The notes under the pieces were generated by a model, which made no database searches, was not told where the DNA came from, and worked only from the letters and a program-made list of their open reading frames with translations. The translations under genes and the position numbers were made by a program. From Eukaryota sp. TZLM1-RC (taxonomy: Eukaryota > Protista > Metamonada: BaSk clade): 64,000 nucleotides of DNA. The stretch spans positions 1,302,001 to 1,366,000 of the forward strand of contig JAUPSS010000006.1 of NCBI GenBank assembly GCA_040285825.1, in the 5' to 3' direction. Within the stretch, counting starts at the first letter, position 1. Each line of letters starts with the position of its first letter. Positions 48,100 through 60,795 of this stretch are shown piece after piece.

Positions 48100-49795
48100 A
48101 AAAATCCCGTTTTCGGTAATTTTTTAAAGGATATTCGTGATAGTTCTGCTGCTGCTTTAGTAACTCAAGTTCCCTCTGTTTATGGACTTTTGTTAAAAAA
48201 ACAATGAATGGCTTCTAAACATGCGTTTTCGTTGTTTTCTGTGGCCAAACAATTTGCCCAATCATTTAACTTGTAAATGTGGTAAACCTCTTTTGTTTAC
48301 TCATCTTTTGAACTGTAAACATTTCATTACGTTTAGAAGCAAAGTGCTTAATAACGTCAGGGACCAAATTTATGTAATGTGCAAATCATATCGAGTAGAT
48401 TCCTTTTTAGAACCGCTGTTATCAAAATTAATTCTTGATGACCCCAATATTGATAGTACGCGTTACAACAGAGCTTCTATGGGTCTGACAAGAGGTGATC
48501 TAGTTGTTCCTGGTTTAAATGGTAGTTTTACTATTTTGGACGCCATGTCTATTGACCCTTGTAATTCCTCTAACGAACATCTCATTAACTCGGATGTAAA
48601 TAATCCTCTTCTTGCAGGCGAAAAATATAAAATTGCTAAATATGCGAAACCCCTTTCCTCGGTTAATGAAAATTCTCATGCCCAATATAATTTATGTTCC
48701 TTTATTTATTTATTTTCTACGAAGAATCAAATAGAACAAACTAAAACACATAAGAAACTAAATTCTCCACGCCAACTCTTGATGAATCCTTATAAAGTTT
48801 AGACATCATTAAACTCAAGTACTTGGGAACACTTCTGTACAAAGCGAAAATGATACGATTTTTCCATAAATTCTCTGCAAAATTCTTACCACTTGAACGA
48901 CATAAATTACCAAAATCATTGATGAAATTCAAGGCGGATTGTCCAATGTTGCCAAAAATCGAAAAGGCAAAAGGAACAAACGAAAACTTCGAATAAAGGT
49001 TCTTATTTAAATCATTTAATATCTCAGCATATTTATCTCTCTTACGATCTTCAGCCTTGTTCAAATGACCATTAGTACTAAGTAAAACATCATCGCGATA
49101 AACCAAAGCAAAGGGATCAACTGTAGTGAAATCAACAACAACTTGAGAGGAATCCACAAAAGGAGCAATTAAATCACCTCGACGTGAATTAAAAAGATTA
49201 TCATCACTATAATGCTTCAACAAAGGTTCTACTTTGCAACTAAAATTGTAACACTTGAACATCTCATATGTCACATCACGAACGGCATTATGAAGAACTG
49301 ACCTATATTGGAGAAATTTCTTACAGCTCACAATATGACGAAAATTGGCAGTAGGTTTTTTGTTACAAATACAATAAGAATTGTCCAAAAGACCACTTGG
49401 ATACATCCCTAATCTCAACCGCATGTTTTGTTTCCAAGCTTCATTTGTTAAGTGAAGACCAAATGGCCTTGGTTGTTTATTTATGTTCCTTTGTTTTTTC
49501 TTTGCTTGGATCTCTAGGTAAAGCTGCTATGGCTTTCCTTGAGGATTTTGTTGTTGTTGTAAAGGAAAAAACTGGAAGAATGTTCAATCGTGTTTACTGG
49601 CAAAACAGGATTGTATTTTCTATTTTTAAGGGAATGGTAAAACTAATTTCTGATTCACTATCTTCTTTTGGGAAATTTTCTGCATCTTTAGCAATTAATT
49701 GTTTTGATGTAGCGGGAGGCACGTTTTGAGGATGTGGAGTTTTAATTGTGTATTTCATATTTGTTGTTGAATAAAAATAAGCGTTTTTTAAAAAA
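48100..49795 (+). mobile_element. F3 3' portion interrupted by a nested F4 insertion
   Basis: Copy of 29555-30460 split at 48703/49479. Confidence 0.85.
48704..49478 (-). mobile_element. 5'-truncated F4 RLE retrotransposon insertion with 14 bp target-site duplication
   Basis: ORF 48741-49424 (CIC..HIVSC, HNAVRD, RRGDL, VVVDF, KRDKY). ATTTATGTTCCTTT occurs at 48690-48703 and 49479-49492; (TAAA)n-like tail; empty site at about 30143. Confidence 0.9.
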
Positions 49796-51549
49796 ACACA
49801 TTAAGCTTTGAAAAAAATGGCAAGATCCTCAGAAAATTCTTGAGCATTTTTACAAGCAAGTATTAACAAATCAAAAGAAATGCCTGAGGAACCAGCAGCT
49901 TTTCCTTTTGGCAATTTAGCAATAGCATTGAATTCTTCTTGAGCCTTAAAAGGATTTTTGAGCCAATATTCACAAATTGGCGGCTTAATTGGGCAAAAAG
50001 TTTCAGTTGGATGAAGCACTTTCAGTTTTTCAACAGTTTTTCTTTATATAAAGAGTTGTAAATTTATATTTAGTGTGCATTTATTTTTGATCCTCTCTCT
50101 TGTTCCTGTTTCTATATATAATGACCAATTTTGTCAAAAATAAAAACATTTAATAGAAATTATTCGTCTAGTGTAAATTAAATCGAATAATTTATTTGAA
50201 AAAACTTAACGTTTACTAAAACGTATTGTTTAAAGGAAGAAGTGGAAGAAAGTTGTGGATGACATTGATTTATTTTTGAGTTGAAATAAACTCATCATAT
50301 ATTTGACTTGTTTTATACACCAATCTGCCGTTGAAATTACTCTGAATCTTTTCAACTGAGCTAAAGAGAGCAATATCTACGATCCCGAACAAGCATTTTC
50401 TCTTTCATTTAGAGGCGCAAACTCTCTATGTATTAAAAACTCAATAATATAAATAATTGCTGATTCCTCCATAACTTAATGGGCAAGGGAAAACCTATAA
50501 ATCAATGCCTACCTGGAATTGGCCAGAATCGTGGGTGAATTGCCCGAATGCACTTAAACATTCAAACTCGAATACATGCTCATGGAGATCAGGGACTTGT
50601 CTTACATGACGTGGACTGAGAAACAATAGAAACTCTTACAGGAAAAATACAACTCAAAGATGAGACTAAATAAGTTGCTTCTTATATAATAAATTAAGAT
50701 TTATTTGTTGAACAGACAAAATTTAGAAACAGGCAACAAACCTTAACTAAAGCTGTTACCTACACAAACCCCATCAATTGAATGATATGAGATTTTAACT
50801 ATTCACATACAAAACAACTGGCATGTTGTAAAACTCCGTAATATTATTCAAAATGTGGTCATTAACACAAGGGAGAGCTTTCAACAATGAAAACTCAATT
50901 CTGTTTTTCCAAATCAAAAAATCGAATGTACGTCCACTTTCTCTGAGAAGATTTCCTAAATCAATAAAAATTGAGATCTTCGATTTCAAGGGTACCAAAA
51001 ATACAAATAGCAAACTGGAACTATTATTGGAATTAGCAAATGTTCTGTTTTAGCTCCTATAGATGTTTTTTTTGTTTGCCGTTCAATTGCTGTCTCTAGC
51101 GTTGGAGCAGGTCCACACCCAATCATCAACTCTGAATCGACATCGTGACTTTTAATATTGGAAATTTTTGACAGAACTCAACGTACACTCAAGTACGACT
51201 TTTTAAAGAAAAATAAATACTTGCAGCTTTTCAGAACTATGACCCAGTTGCTAAAGAAAGAAAGGAGGAAACGTCTGATATGAAGACTAATGGAGGCATT
51301 TGAAAAAATAGGTGCATTCCACTTCGATTCATTGGAACCTCAAATAGTGAAAATTCTCAACAGCATGAGGAGCTTAAAGAAGCAAGCTCAAAACGGGAGA
51401 TAGAAATCATCAAGATTTGCACAACAGAGACTGAAGAAGGAATGGCTGAATGGCGTTAGTTCACACATAAATAAAGAGTAACACGGAAGAGTAGATAGAA
51501 GGATGAAATGATGTCTCACTAAAAATCAAATTGTGTTAGATCCATAAAC

Positions 51550-53268
51550 ATGAATTGCACCTTCCACTCAGCTGTCTATTCTCCTCTCTTCAATTCGGAC
51601 ACCAGTCTTCAAGATGTGAGGCGTCGCATCCTTTCGGCACTAGTCAATCAATCTGATCTCACGGATTTGATAGCTGATGGCTGGACACAACTGCGTCAGT
51701 TCCTCAGCCAATCAGATAATGAGTTATCTCTCCCTGTTTTTTATGCTTCAAAAACTCTTTCCCGCCTTCTTTCCGCTGCTTTACATAGTCTTAAGCGTCT
51801 TCCTGAAGTCCAAAACGGTGATGGCTCAGGTTCTAAATGTCTCCAAGGTCCTGTAGGCGTTGGTAAATCCACTTTTTTAAGGGCTGTCTTCTGCTTCAGT
51901 TGTCTTCTTTTCCCTAACTATAGAACTGTTATGCATGACTTTGAATGTGACAATTCTTCTGATCTAGCGACTATTGAAAGTCTAATCGAGATGAAGCAAG
52001 CTGATGATGATATACAAAACAATCGTTGTAAGTCTTTGCCCACAGTGCTGCTCCTTGATGAAATTAATGCCGTCTATGATTTTCCCAACACAGTAAAAGC
52101 AGTGGCGTTCATCAAATCACTTTTTAGTTTTTTTGCAAAGTCTGCAAAAAACTTTTCTATAATCACTGGTTCAACTTCTTTTCTTTTTGAACGAGTATTC
52201 AATGCAGTAGACAGTGAGTTCCGCTCCAAGGGCTTTCCATCTTTGAATCATTCTGTTTTTCTTGCTGAACATTTAATGCCGATCCGTGATATGAATGAGT
52301 TCAAAAAGTTCTGTGATATTGCGTTCCCAAATTCTACCATTCACAATTACGGGGATGCATTTAATGCGACAGGTGGTGTTGGTAGATACCTCAACCATTA
52401 TATTTCGAATGACCAAAGAGAATTAAGTGTTGATCACTTGTTTGCAGCTCTTGATGATCCGAAATTTGAAGCTTTTTGCTCATTTTTTGTACAACTGGAC
52501 CGTCATAATGTTCCAATTTCCCAAATCAAATCATTAAATATTCGGAATTCGGACATTAACCGTTTTAAGGATAAATCTCTTATTCTTGAACAAGATAGTC
52601 TTTATCACCTCTTGATTCCAAAACATATGGAATACCTAAAGAAATATTTCGAGAAGGAGGAAAACTCATTCATGTATGCTTTTCGAATTCTACTACATGG
52701 TTTTGTTAATGGTAGTGCTGGAGCACAGGTTGAGTCCTATATTATTCAAGGTTTGTATGAAAAGCCAGTTGCTATGAAAAAAATTCATCGGTCAAACAAT
52801 CGTTACTATTTTGAAGATGGTTCTGATGTTGTTTCATCTGATTTTCCACTGTTTCAAAGTCATGTTTTTCGAATGGCTCAAGATACGGGAGTAGATGGTT
52901 TTAATCTCGAGCCCACTGATAATGATGAAGAATACCAATTACACTGCATTCAAGTCAAAGTGGGAAATCATAACTCAAAATTAACTAATGGGAATTTTGA
53001 TAATGCTAACGACAGAACAAACACGCTTTCGGGAATCTACAACAAGTACAAAAAAGGGTTTCAAAACATTGTTGAATTTTTCAAACAGATTTTCCCCGAC
53101 GTTTCTCTGACTCAAGGTAATTTCTACTTGTACAGCAATAAGGAGTTGTCATCCCACACTTTCAATTCATTACCCCCTTATTTCAATCTTCTGGTTGGGG
53201 AATCCTTTTGGGATGGACTAGGTCTTAGTGCCCACCAAATTGATTCTCTTGGAATTTGCAGAAATTGA
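51550..53268 (+). CDS. Family C copy 4, open 572 aa Crinkler/RHS-type NTPase plus nuclease
   Basis: Uninterrupted ORF with Walker A/B, TGGVGR and D...QVK motifs. Confidence 0.85.
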   Translation: MNCTFHSAVYSPLFNSDTSLQDVRRRILSALVNQSDLTDLIADGWTQLRQFLSQSDNELSLPVFYASKTLSRLLSAALHSLKRLPEVQNGDGSGSKCLQGPVGVGKSTFLRAVFCFSCLLFPNYRTVMHDFECDNSSDLATIESLIEMKQADDDIQNNRCKSLPTVLLLDEINAVYDFPNTVKAVAFIKSLFSFFAKSAKNFSIITGSTSFLFERVFNAVDSEFRSKGFPSLNHSVFLAEHLMPIRDMNEFKKFCDIAFPNSTIHNYGDAFNATGGVGRYLNHYISNDQRELSVDHLFAALDDPKFEAFCSFFVQLDRHNVPISQIKSLNIRNSDINRFKDKSLILEQDSLYHLLIPKHMEYLKKYFEKEENSFMYAFRILLHGFVNGSAGAQVESYIIQGLYEKPVAMKKIHRSNNRYYFEDGSDVVSSDFPLFQSHVFRMAQDTGVDGFNLEPTDNDEEYQLHCIQVKVGNHNSKLTNGNFDNANDRTNTLSGIYNKYKKGFQNIVEFFKQIFPDVSLTQGNFYLYSNKELSSHTFNSLPPYFNLLVGESFWDGLGLSAHQIDSLGICRN

Positions 53269-53879
53269 ATTGATGTTACAAGAGTTCAATTTGTCTTTCA
53301 TCATCTTTTTAATAATTTTTTACATTGGGGACAAGTTTCATAAATCATATCTTCTTTATTGATAAACAGTGATTCGTTAAACTCATCTTTCAATTGTGCT
53401 AATTTCAATTTCTGATTCCAATAAAATTTATCTTGTTCTTCAGTGTAATCACTTTCACATTTATTTTTAACTATTTCTTTTAATTCAAGTAAATTTGAAG
53501 GTTTGTCTTTTAATAATGTATTCATTTCATTAATGATATCTTCTTATGCTTGCAAGACATTGTAAAATCATTTCTAATTGTATTTCAGATTCTAAAATAG
53601 TTGTTGGTATTGAAATTCAAGAAAAAACATCTGAAGTCATTGAGGCAATAGAAGCATCTTCAATAGTTTTAATACTAAATTGGAAAGGCTTCAAATAGTC
53701 CCTTGCCTTAGTAGAAATTCCGTTAAAAACAAGAGAAGAAAGCAATCTGGTTAAAGACTCCCCAATAGCAATAGGTCTAACTCCATCAGGTTTGTTGCTT
53801 TTTCCTGGTTTAATTAAAGCAACTAACCGAGCAGCAGTCAATTCAGGTGGAGGAACATAATTCAAACACATTAAACTAA

Positions 53880-55018
53880 AAATCCCGTTTTCGGTAATTT
53901 TTTAAAGGATATTCGTGATAGTTCTGCTGCTGCTTTAGTAACTCAAGTTCCCTCTGTTTATGGACTTTTGTTAAAAAAACAATGAATGGCTTCTAAACAT
54001 GCGTTTTCGTTGTTTTCTGTGGCCAAACAATTTGCCCAATCATTTAACTTGTAAATGTGGTAAACCTCTTTTGTTTACTCATCTTTTGAACTGTAAACAT
54101 TTCATTACGTTTAGAAGCAAAGTGCTTAATAACGTCAGGGACCAAATTTATGTAATGTGCAAATCATATCGAGTAGATTCCTTTTTAGAACCGCTGTTAT
54201 CAAAATTAATTCTTGATGACCCCAATATTGATAGTACGCGTTACAACAGAGCTTCTATGGGTCTGACAAGAGGTGATCTAGTTGTTCCTGGTTTAAATGG
54301 TAGTTTTACTATTTTGGACGCCATGTCTATTGACCCTTGTAATTCCTCTAACGAACATCTCATTAACTCGGATGTAAATAATCCTCTTCTTGCAGGCGAA
54401 AAATATAAAATTGCTAAATATGCGAAACCCCTTTCCTCGGTTAATGAAAATTCTCATGCCCAATATAATTTATGTTCCTTTATTTATTTATTTTCTACGA
54501 AGAATCAAATAGAACAAACTAAAACACATAAGAAACTAAATTCTCCACGCCAACTCTTGATGAATCCTTATAAAGTTTAGACATCATTAAACTCAAGTAC
54601 TTGGGAACACTTCTGTACAAAAGCGAAAATGATACGATTTTTCCATAAATTCTCTGCAAAAATTCTTACCACTTGAACGACATAAATTACCAAAATCATT
54701 GATGAAATTCAAGGCGGATTGTCCAATGTTGCCAAAAATCGAAAAGGCAAAAGGAACAAACGAAAACTTCGAATAAAGGTTCTTATTTAAATCATTTAAT
54801 ATCTCAGCATATTTATCTCTCTTACGATCTTCAGCCTTGTTCAAATGACCATTAGTACTAAGTAAAACATCATCGCGATAAACCAAAGCAAAGGGATCAA
54901 CTGTAGTGAAATCAACAACAACTTGAGAGGAATCCACAAAAGGAGCAATTAAATCACCTCGACGTGAATTAAAAAGATTATCATCACTATAATGCTTCAA
55001 CAAAGGTTCTACTTTGCA
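53880..55018. mobile_element. Duplicate of the F3(+)/F4(-) nested pair, truncated at about 55018
   Basis: ORF 53999-54580 is identical to 48221-48802; ORF 54593-55057 is F4. Confidence 0.85.
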
Positions 55019-55249
55019 AAAAAAAAATGGCAAGATCCTGAGAAATTTCTGGAGCATTTTTACAAGCAGGTTTTAACAAATCAAAGGAATTGCCTGAAGG
55101 ACCAGCAGCTTTTACTTTCGGCAATTTAGCAATAGCATTGAATACTTCTTGAGCCTTAAAAGGATTTTCGAGCCAATATTCACAAATTGACGAATGTATG
55201 ACCACTTTCTTTGAGAAGATTTTCTAAATCATTTAAGAATTGAGATCTA

Positions 55250-55923
55250 AAAAATGGCCGTGTTCTTCCTGATGCCCAAGAAGCAAAAATCTTGTTCAGT
55301 TCTTCAACTGCTTATTCTTCCTCCTGTAAGGTTTTAACTGCACTATTTTCGGTCTTTCGTTTCCTTTTTCAATGGTCACATCATCCTGAAGCAGATGAAT
55401 CGAATTTCGTTGAGGACTGTTATCTCTTTGATCAAAATGTTTCTCTGCTCAATGATTTTTCTTCAAAGAAGATGTTGAACAATTTGCTGAGTTAGATTTT
55501 GAAACAAAAAGATACCTGAATACATTTATCATTCATCTGTCAGCATTGAGGTATCTAATTTGTTTTACATTGGACAAATTGGATTTCAAGAAGTTTTGGA
55601 TATACCATAGATTTTGTGATCTTAAAGACAGTCCCAATGTGCTACCCAAAAGTAGTTTGTTTGTCCTGGAAAGGACCAATGATAACAATTTTGTCTTAAT
55701 AAATAAGCAAGTTGATGTTGATTGTAGGGATTCATGGAATTTTAGTGATCATTATTTTTGTTTCACTTCAACAATAGCTTCTGAATGGGGGGTAGCATTG
55801 TTAAAGAACTAACTCTAGACTTGAACAGATATCACAGAAAAGGAAACAGATATTATTGTTTGTCATCAATGCAAGTTTAAAATAAATAAATCTATATGTA
55901 AAAATGATAATAAATGGTATAAT
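55250..55923 (+). pseudogene. 3' fragment of family B gene including 3' UTR
   Basis: Matches about 23657-24328 (...SEWGVALLKN*); same 5' junction as at 14752. Confidence 0.9.
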
Positions 55924-55924
55924 T

Positions 55925-58900
55925 TCTTCCTTCCTCTACATAAAACCGTTTAACTTAAAACCTGGCTGAACTGCGATCATTGCTTCTATTCTTTCTTGTT
56001 GTTGCCTGAATCAGTTTCTGATTCTAATGGAGTCAAAAGAAAAAAAAGATGTTCAAGACGTCCTCTTTACCTCTCCTCCTCAACCTCTTCTCTCTTCAAT
56101 TTTGGACAAAAAAATTTCTGATCAAGAATTTTTAAAAAATCAGGATAAAAACAAAGTTTGTTCAAAAACAAAGCCACGCTCCTACAGATGCTCACAGTGT
56201 CGACAACAAGGACATAATGCTCGAACATGCCCCAATGTTGGAAAGAATAATGTGGCAAATTCTGAAACAAAATGTAAAAGAAAATTTATTAGAAGAGAAG
56301 AGTCTAAGGTAGAACCAATAAATGATTCTCCACAAGTTGTTGCAAAACCAGTTAACAATCGATTCAAGCACAAAACTTGCAACAATTGTGGTATTTTTTT
56401 TGGAAAATATGCAAAAGGAAAAACGGCTGATCGATGTTTAAAATGCCGCATAGTTGATAACTACCATCCGTCCATAAGAATACCTCAAGAAATTCATCCG
56501 TCAAAATGCAATGAATTTGCTTTCGTTTTTCAAAGATTTTTGGATCAATTATGTAAAGGAAAGTATGCTATCAATATTATTTGGGAATTTTTTGGTTCTT
56601 TTTGTCCTCTTTTTGAACAAAATTTCGTAAATACTTCCGAAGATTTAACTAATATAGCACCGAGAAATTAAGTAAAATTTTTGAAGACAAATGCTTTGAC
56701 AACAAATGGTCCAAGGCTTTGTCAGCTTTAAGTCCCGGAGTTAAAGCACCGAACAATGAAAATACAATAGAAAAACTGAAAATTCTTCATCCTTATGAAG
56801 ACCCTATAATGGATCAAAATTTTTACGGCACATACTGGGAAAATTATCCCTTGATGCCATCAGAAGTTTTTTCGGTTATCAAAAAGAGACCTCGTGGGAA
56901 GTCTGCCGGACTTTCTGGTATTACTATTGATCATGTAAAAGCCGCGATTATTTCTTCAGAAGATTGCCTTGGTTTATTGACTAAATTTTTCAACCAAATA
57001 TTATCTGGTCAACGCAAATACCCAGAAGAATTAAGAAGTTCTCGTTTGACTGCACTTGTCAAAAAATTCAAAAAATGGATGTTCGTCCTATTGCAGTCTC
57101 TGAGAGCTTACACAATATTTTTTTCTGCGTGTTGCTTAAGCAGGTTCAATGAAAAAAGCTAAAAAAAGATTTTATTACCTTTTTCAATATGGTATAAATA
57201 CTACAGATGGAGTCTCTACAGCGATTTTTTTGCTACTGATGTCTTATTTCGTCAAAATGAATTCAATGTTTGCATGTCATTGGATTTTTAGTAATGCTTT
57301 CAATTCACTAAGTCGTCGCAGTATCCATGGTGCTCTATTGCAATATATGCCGGAATTAATACCATATTTTCAATCAACTTATTGCACATATTCTAATTTA
57401 CATTTTGGTAACAACATTTTGAGTTCATCAAGTGGCGTAAAGCAAGGAGATCCGTTAGGACCTCTTTTGTTTTGTTTGGCCATCCATCCTATTCTACTGC
57501 AAATTCAAGAGATGTTTCCTTCACTAAAAATGATTGCATATATGGATGATGTTGTGCTTATTGGTGATTTAAATATTGTGAAAAAAGCAACTGTATGTTT
57601 TAAAGAATTATTTACCAAAATTGGTCTCCGACTTAATTTACTTAAATGTGTTTTGTTATCGAATTCTCCAGTTGCCACAATAGTTGATGGTATTGAAACT
57701 CAAGCCAAATTATATTCAATTGATGCTATTCGTCATTTGGGTTCGTTTTTAAGAAATAATGATCAAATTACCAAAAAATTGTTTGAAAAGTTGAACTCAA
57801 TTTCTGACAAAATTGACTGAATGAGGAATTTAGATATAAAAAACACATCAAATTTACCATTATAAGACTGTGTTTTAGTTCCAATTTTAATCATATATTT
57901 CGATCTACAAATCCTCTTGTCACTAGGCCTTTGGCTCAGAAGTTTAATGAATTACGTGCAAAAGTTCTGTCACAATTACTGGGATGTAAAATGTTTCAAA
58001 TTCCAGATCATGCTTACCTTAGTCCACATTATGGTGGTTTAGGGTGGACGAAGGCTTCTATTCTTACCTCGTGTGCTTTTGTTGGTGGATGCAGAAATGC
58101 AATCTTTGAGTTTTCCGAAAGATTTGCAGATTGGGAAGATTTATTGATGACAACGCAAAGTTCCACTGTTTTTGCATTAAATGAAGAAATTTCAAGAATT
58201 GATGTAGAAAAATGGGGTCGATGCTTTCCATCATTGTATTGCAATATTCCAGAAAAGAATCTATTAAATTTAAAATACACTCTTCGAACATTTTAAAAAC
58301 GATTGACTGGAATGTATGAAACAATGAAAATACAATAGATAAACTAAAAATACTTCATCCTCATGAAGACCCTATAATGGATCAAAATTTTTATGGGACT
58401 TACAGGGAAAATTATCCATTGATGCCATCAGAAGTTTTTTCGGTTATCAAAAAGAGACCACGCAGTAAGTCTGCCGGACTTTCTGGTATTTCTATTGATC
58501 ATGTATAAGCCGCAATTATTTCTTCAGAGGATTGTCTTGGTCTATTAACCAAATTTTTCAACAAAATATTGACTGGTCAACTCAGATATCCAGAAGAATT
58601 AAGAAGTTCTCGTTTGACTGCACTTGTCAAAAATTCAAAAATTGATGTTCGTCCTATTGCAGTCTCTGAGAGCTTACAAAATATTTTTTCTGTGTGTTGC
58701 TTGAGCAGGTTCAATGAAAAAGCAAAAAAGATCTTATTACCCTTTCAATATGGAATTAATACCACTGATGGAGTGTCTTCAGCGATATTTGCTACTGATG
58801 TATTATTTCGCCAAAATGAATCCAATGTTCGTATGTCATTGGATTTTAGTAATGCATTCAATTCACTCAATCGTCGCAGTATCCATGTTGCTTTATGGCA

Positions 58901-60795
58901 ATATATGCCTGAATTAATGCCGTATTTTCAATCAACATATAGCACATATTCTAATTTACATTTTGGTAATTGCATTTGCAATTCATGAAGTGGTGTAAAA
59001 CAAGGAGATCCGTTAGGACCTCTTGTGTTTTGTTTGGCCATTCATCCTATTTTATTACCAATTCAAGAGATGTTTCCTTCGCTAAAAATGATTGCATATA
59101 TGAATAATGTTGTGCTTATTGGTGATTTAAATATTGTGAAACAAGTAGTTGTATGTTTTAAAGAATTATTTACCAAAATTGGTCTCCGACTTAATTTACT
59201 TAAATGTGTTTTGTTATCGAATTCTCCAGTTGCCACAATAGTTGATGGTATTGAAACTCAAGCCAAATTATATTCAATTGATGCTATTCGTCATTTGGGT
59301 TCGTTTTTAAGAAATAATGATCAAATTACCAAAAAATTGTTTGAAAAGTTGAACTCAATTTCTGACAAAATTGACTGAATGAGGAATTTAGATATAAAAA
59401 ACACATCAAATTTACCATTATAAGACTGTGTTTTAGTTCCAATTTTAATCATATATTTCGATCTACAAATCCTCTTGTCACTAGGCCTTTGGCTCAGAAG
59501 TTTAATGAATTACGTGCAAAAGTTCTGTCACAATTACTGGGATGTAAAATGTTTCAAATTCCAGATCATGCTTACCTTAGTCCACATTATGGTGGTTTAG
59601 GGTGGACGAAGGCTTCTATTCTTACCTCGTGTGCTTTTGTTGGTGGATGCAGAAATGGAATCTTTGAGTTTTCCAAAAAATTTGCAGATTGGGAAAATTT
59701 ATTGATGACAACGCAAAGTTCCACTGTTTTTGCATTTAATGAAGAAATTTCAAAAATTGATGTAGAAAAATGGGGTCGATGTTTTCCCCATTCATTCAAT
59801 GGCAATATTTCACAAAAAAATGTTTTAAATTTGAAGTACACTCTTCGAACATTACAGAAACGATTGACTGGAATGTATGAAAAAGATATTTATAATAATA
59901 TATGCAGCTCGGCTGTTTTAAATCAAGATCTTCACTCATTGTTATTGGAAAAGGGTGTTTGTGAATGCCAGTCATCAGATTCTTCACTTTTTGTAACCAT
60001 TGTACCACGAAGATTTGGACTGTGTGTTACTAATGAAGCATTCGAAACAAAAATGAGATTATATTTGAATATCCCCATTAATCAACTATTATGAAAAGAA
60101 AAATGTATTTGTTCGAATTCACCTCAACTCACTTTGCGCCATGCTCTGAATTGTTCTAAATTGATAACTTATCGTTCTTCATTACATGATCCTGTTAGAG
60201 ACACTCTTTTCAATATAGCACAAACTGTAAGCATATCGTGTAACAAAGAGCCTCTGCTAAAGCAAACACGTTCTCAGAATTATTTTGGTTCTGGTGATAA
60301 AGTTGCTGTATACTGTGATTGGATTGATAATTCTGAAGCTACTTTTGACTTTGTCTCATGTAATGATGCAAATGATACTGTTGTTCACAGAGGAAAACTT
60401 GGTCCTGTAAGTGTTCTTGATTTTAAAGCAAAAGAAAGACATAGAAAATATGATACAGATACTGAGGAGGCTAATGTTGATAGAAATACACAGCTGGTTT
60501 TTATTGCTTTCCCATTTTCGATTAATGGAAGATTATCAAATGAAGCAGAAACTTTTTTGAATGATTTCCAAAAAAATGTTCAAGTAAAAACAATGAAAAG
60601 TTTTGATATTGGCTTATGGCGTTCACGGATTCAATTTGCCATTATTAATAGATTACCTCGGTTTTTCAATCGAATAAGAGAAGCTTTAGCTAGACAGCAA
60701 GCAGATCAAGATTTTGTAGAGGAAATCTTGGTTCAATGATAGTCGTCCCATTAGTTATGAGTTAATTTAATTAAGTGTGAAAATTCAATAAATAT
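55925..60795 (+). mobile_element. Near-complete single-ORF RLE non-LTR retrotransposon F1 (CRE/R2-group-like), degenerate, with a 1.56 kb internal tandem duplication
   Basis: N-terminal CSQCRQQGHNARTC knuckle and CNNC..CLKC; RT motifs (RPIA, KQGDPLGPLLF, YMDD, HLG); GGLG; CIC..HALNC; LHDPVRD; K..KY; stop at 60739 and AATAAA at about 60787. About 58321-59882 repeats about 56753-58322. Confidence 0.92.
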
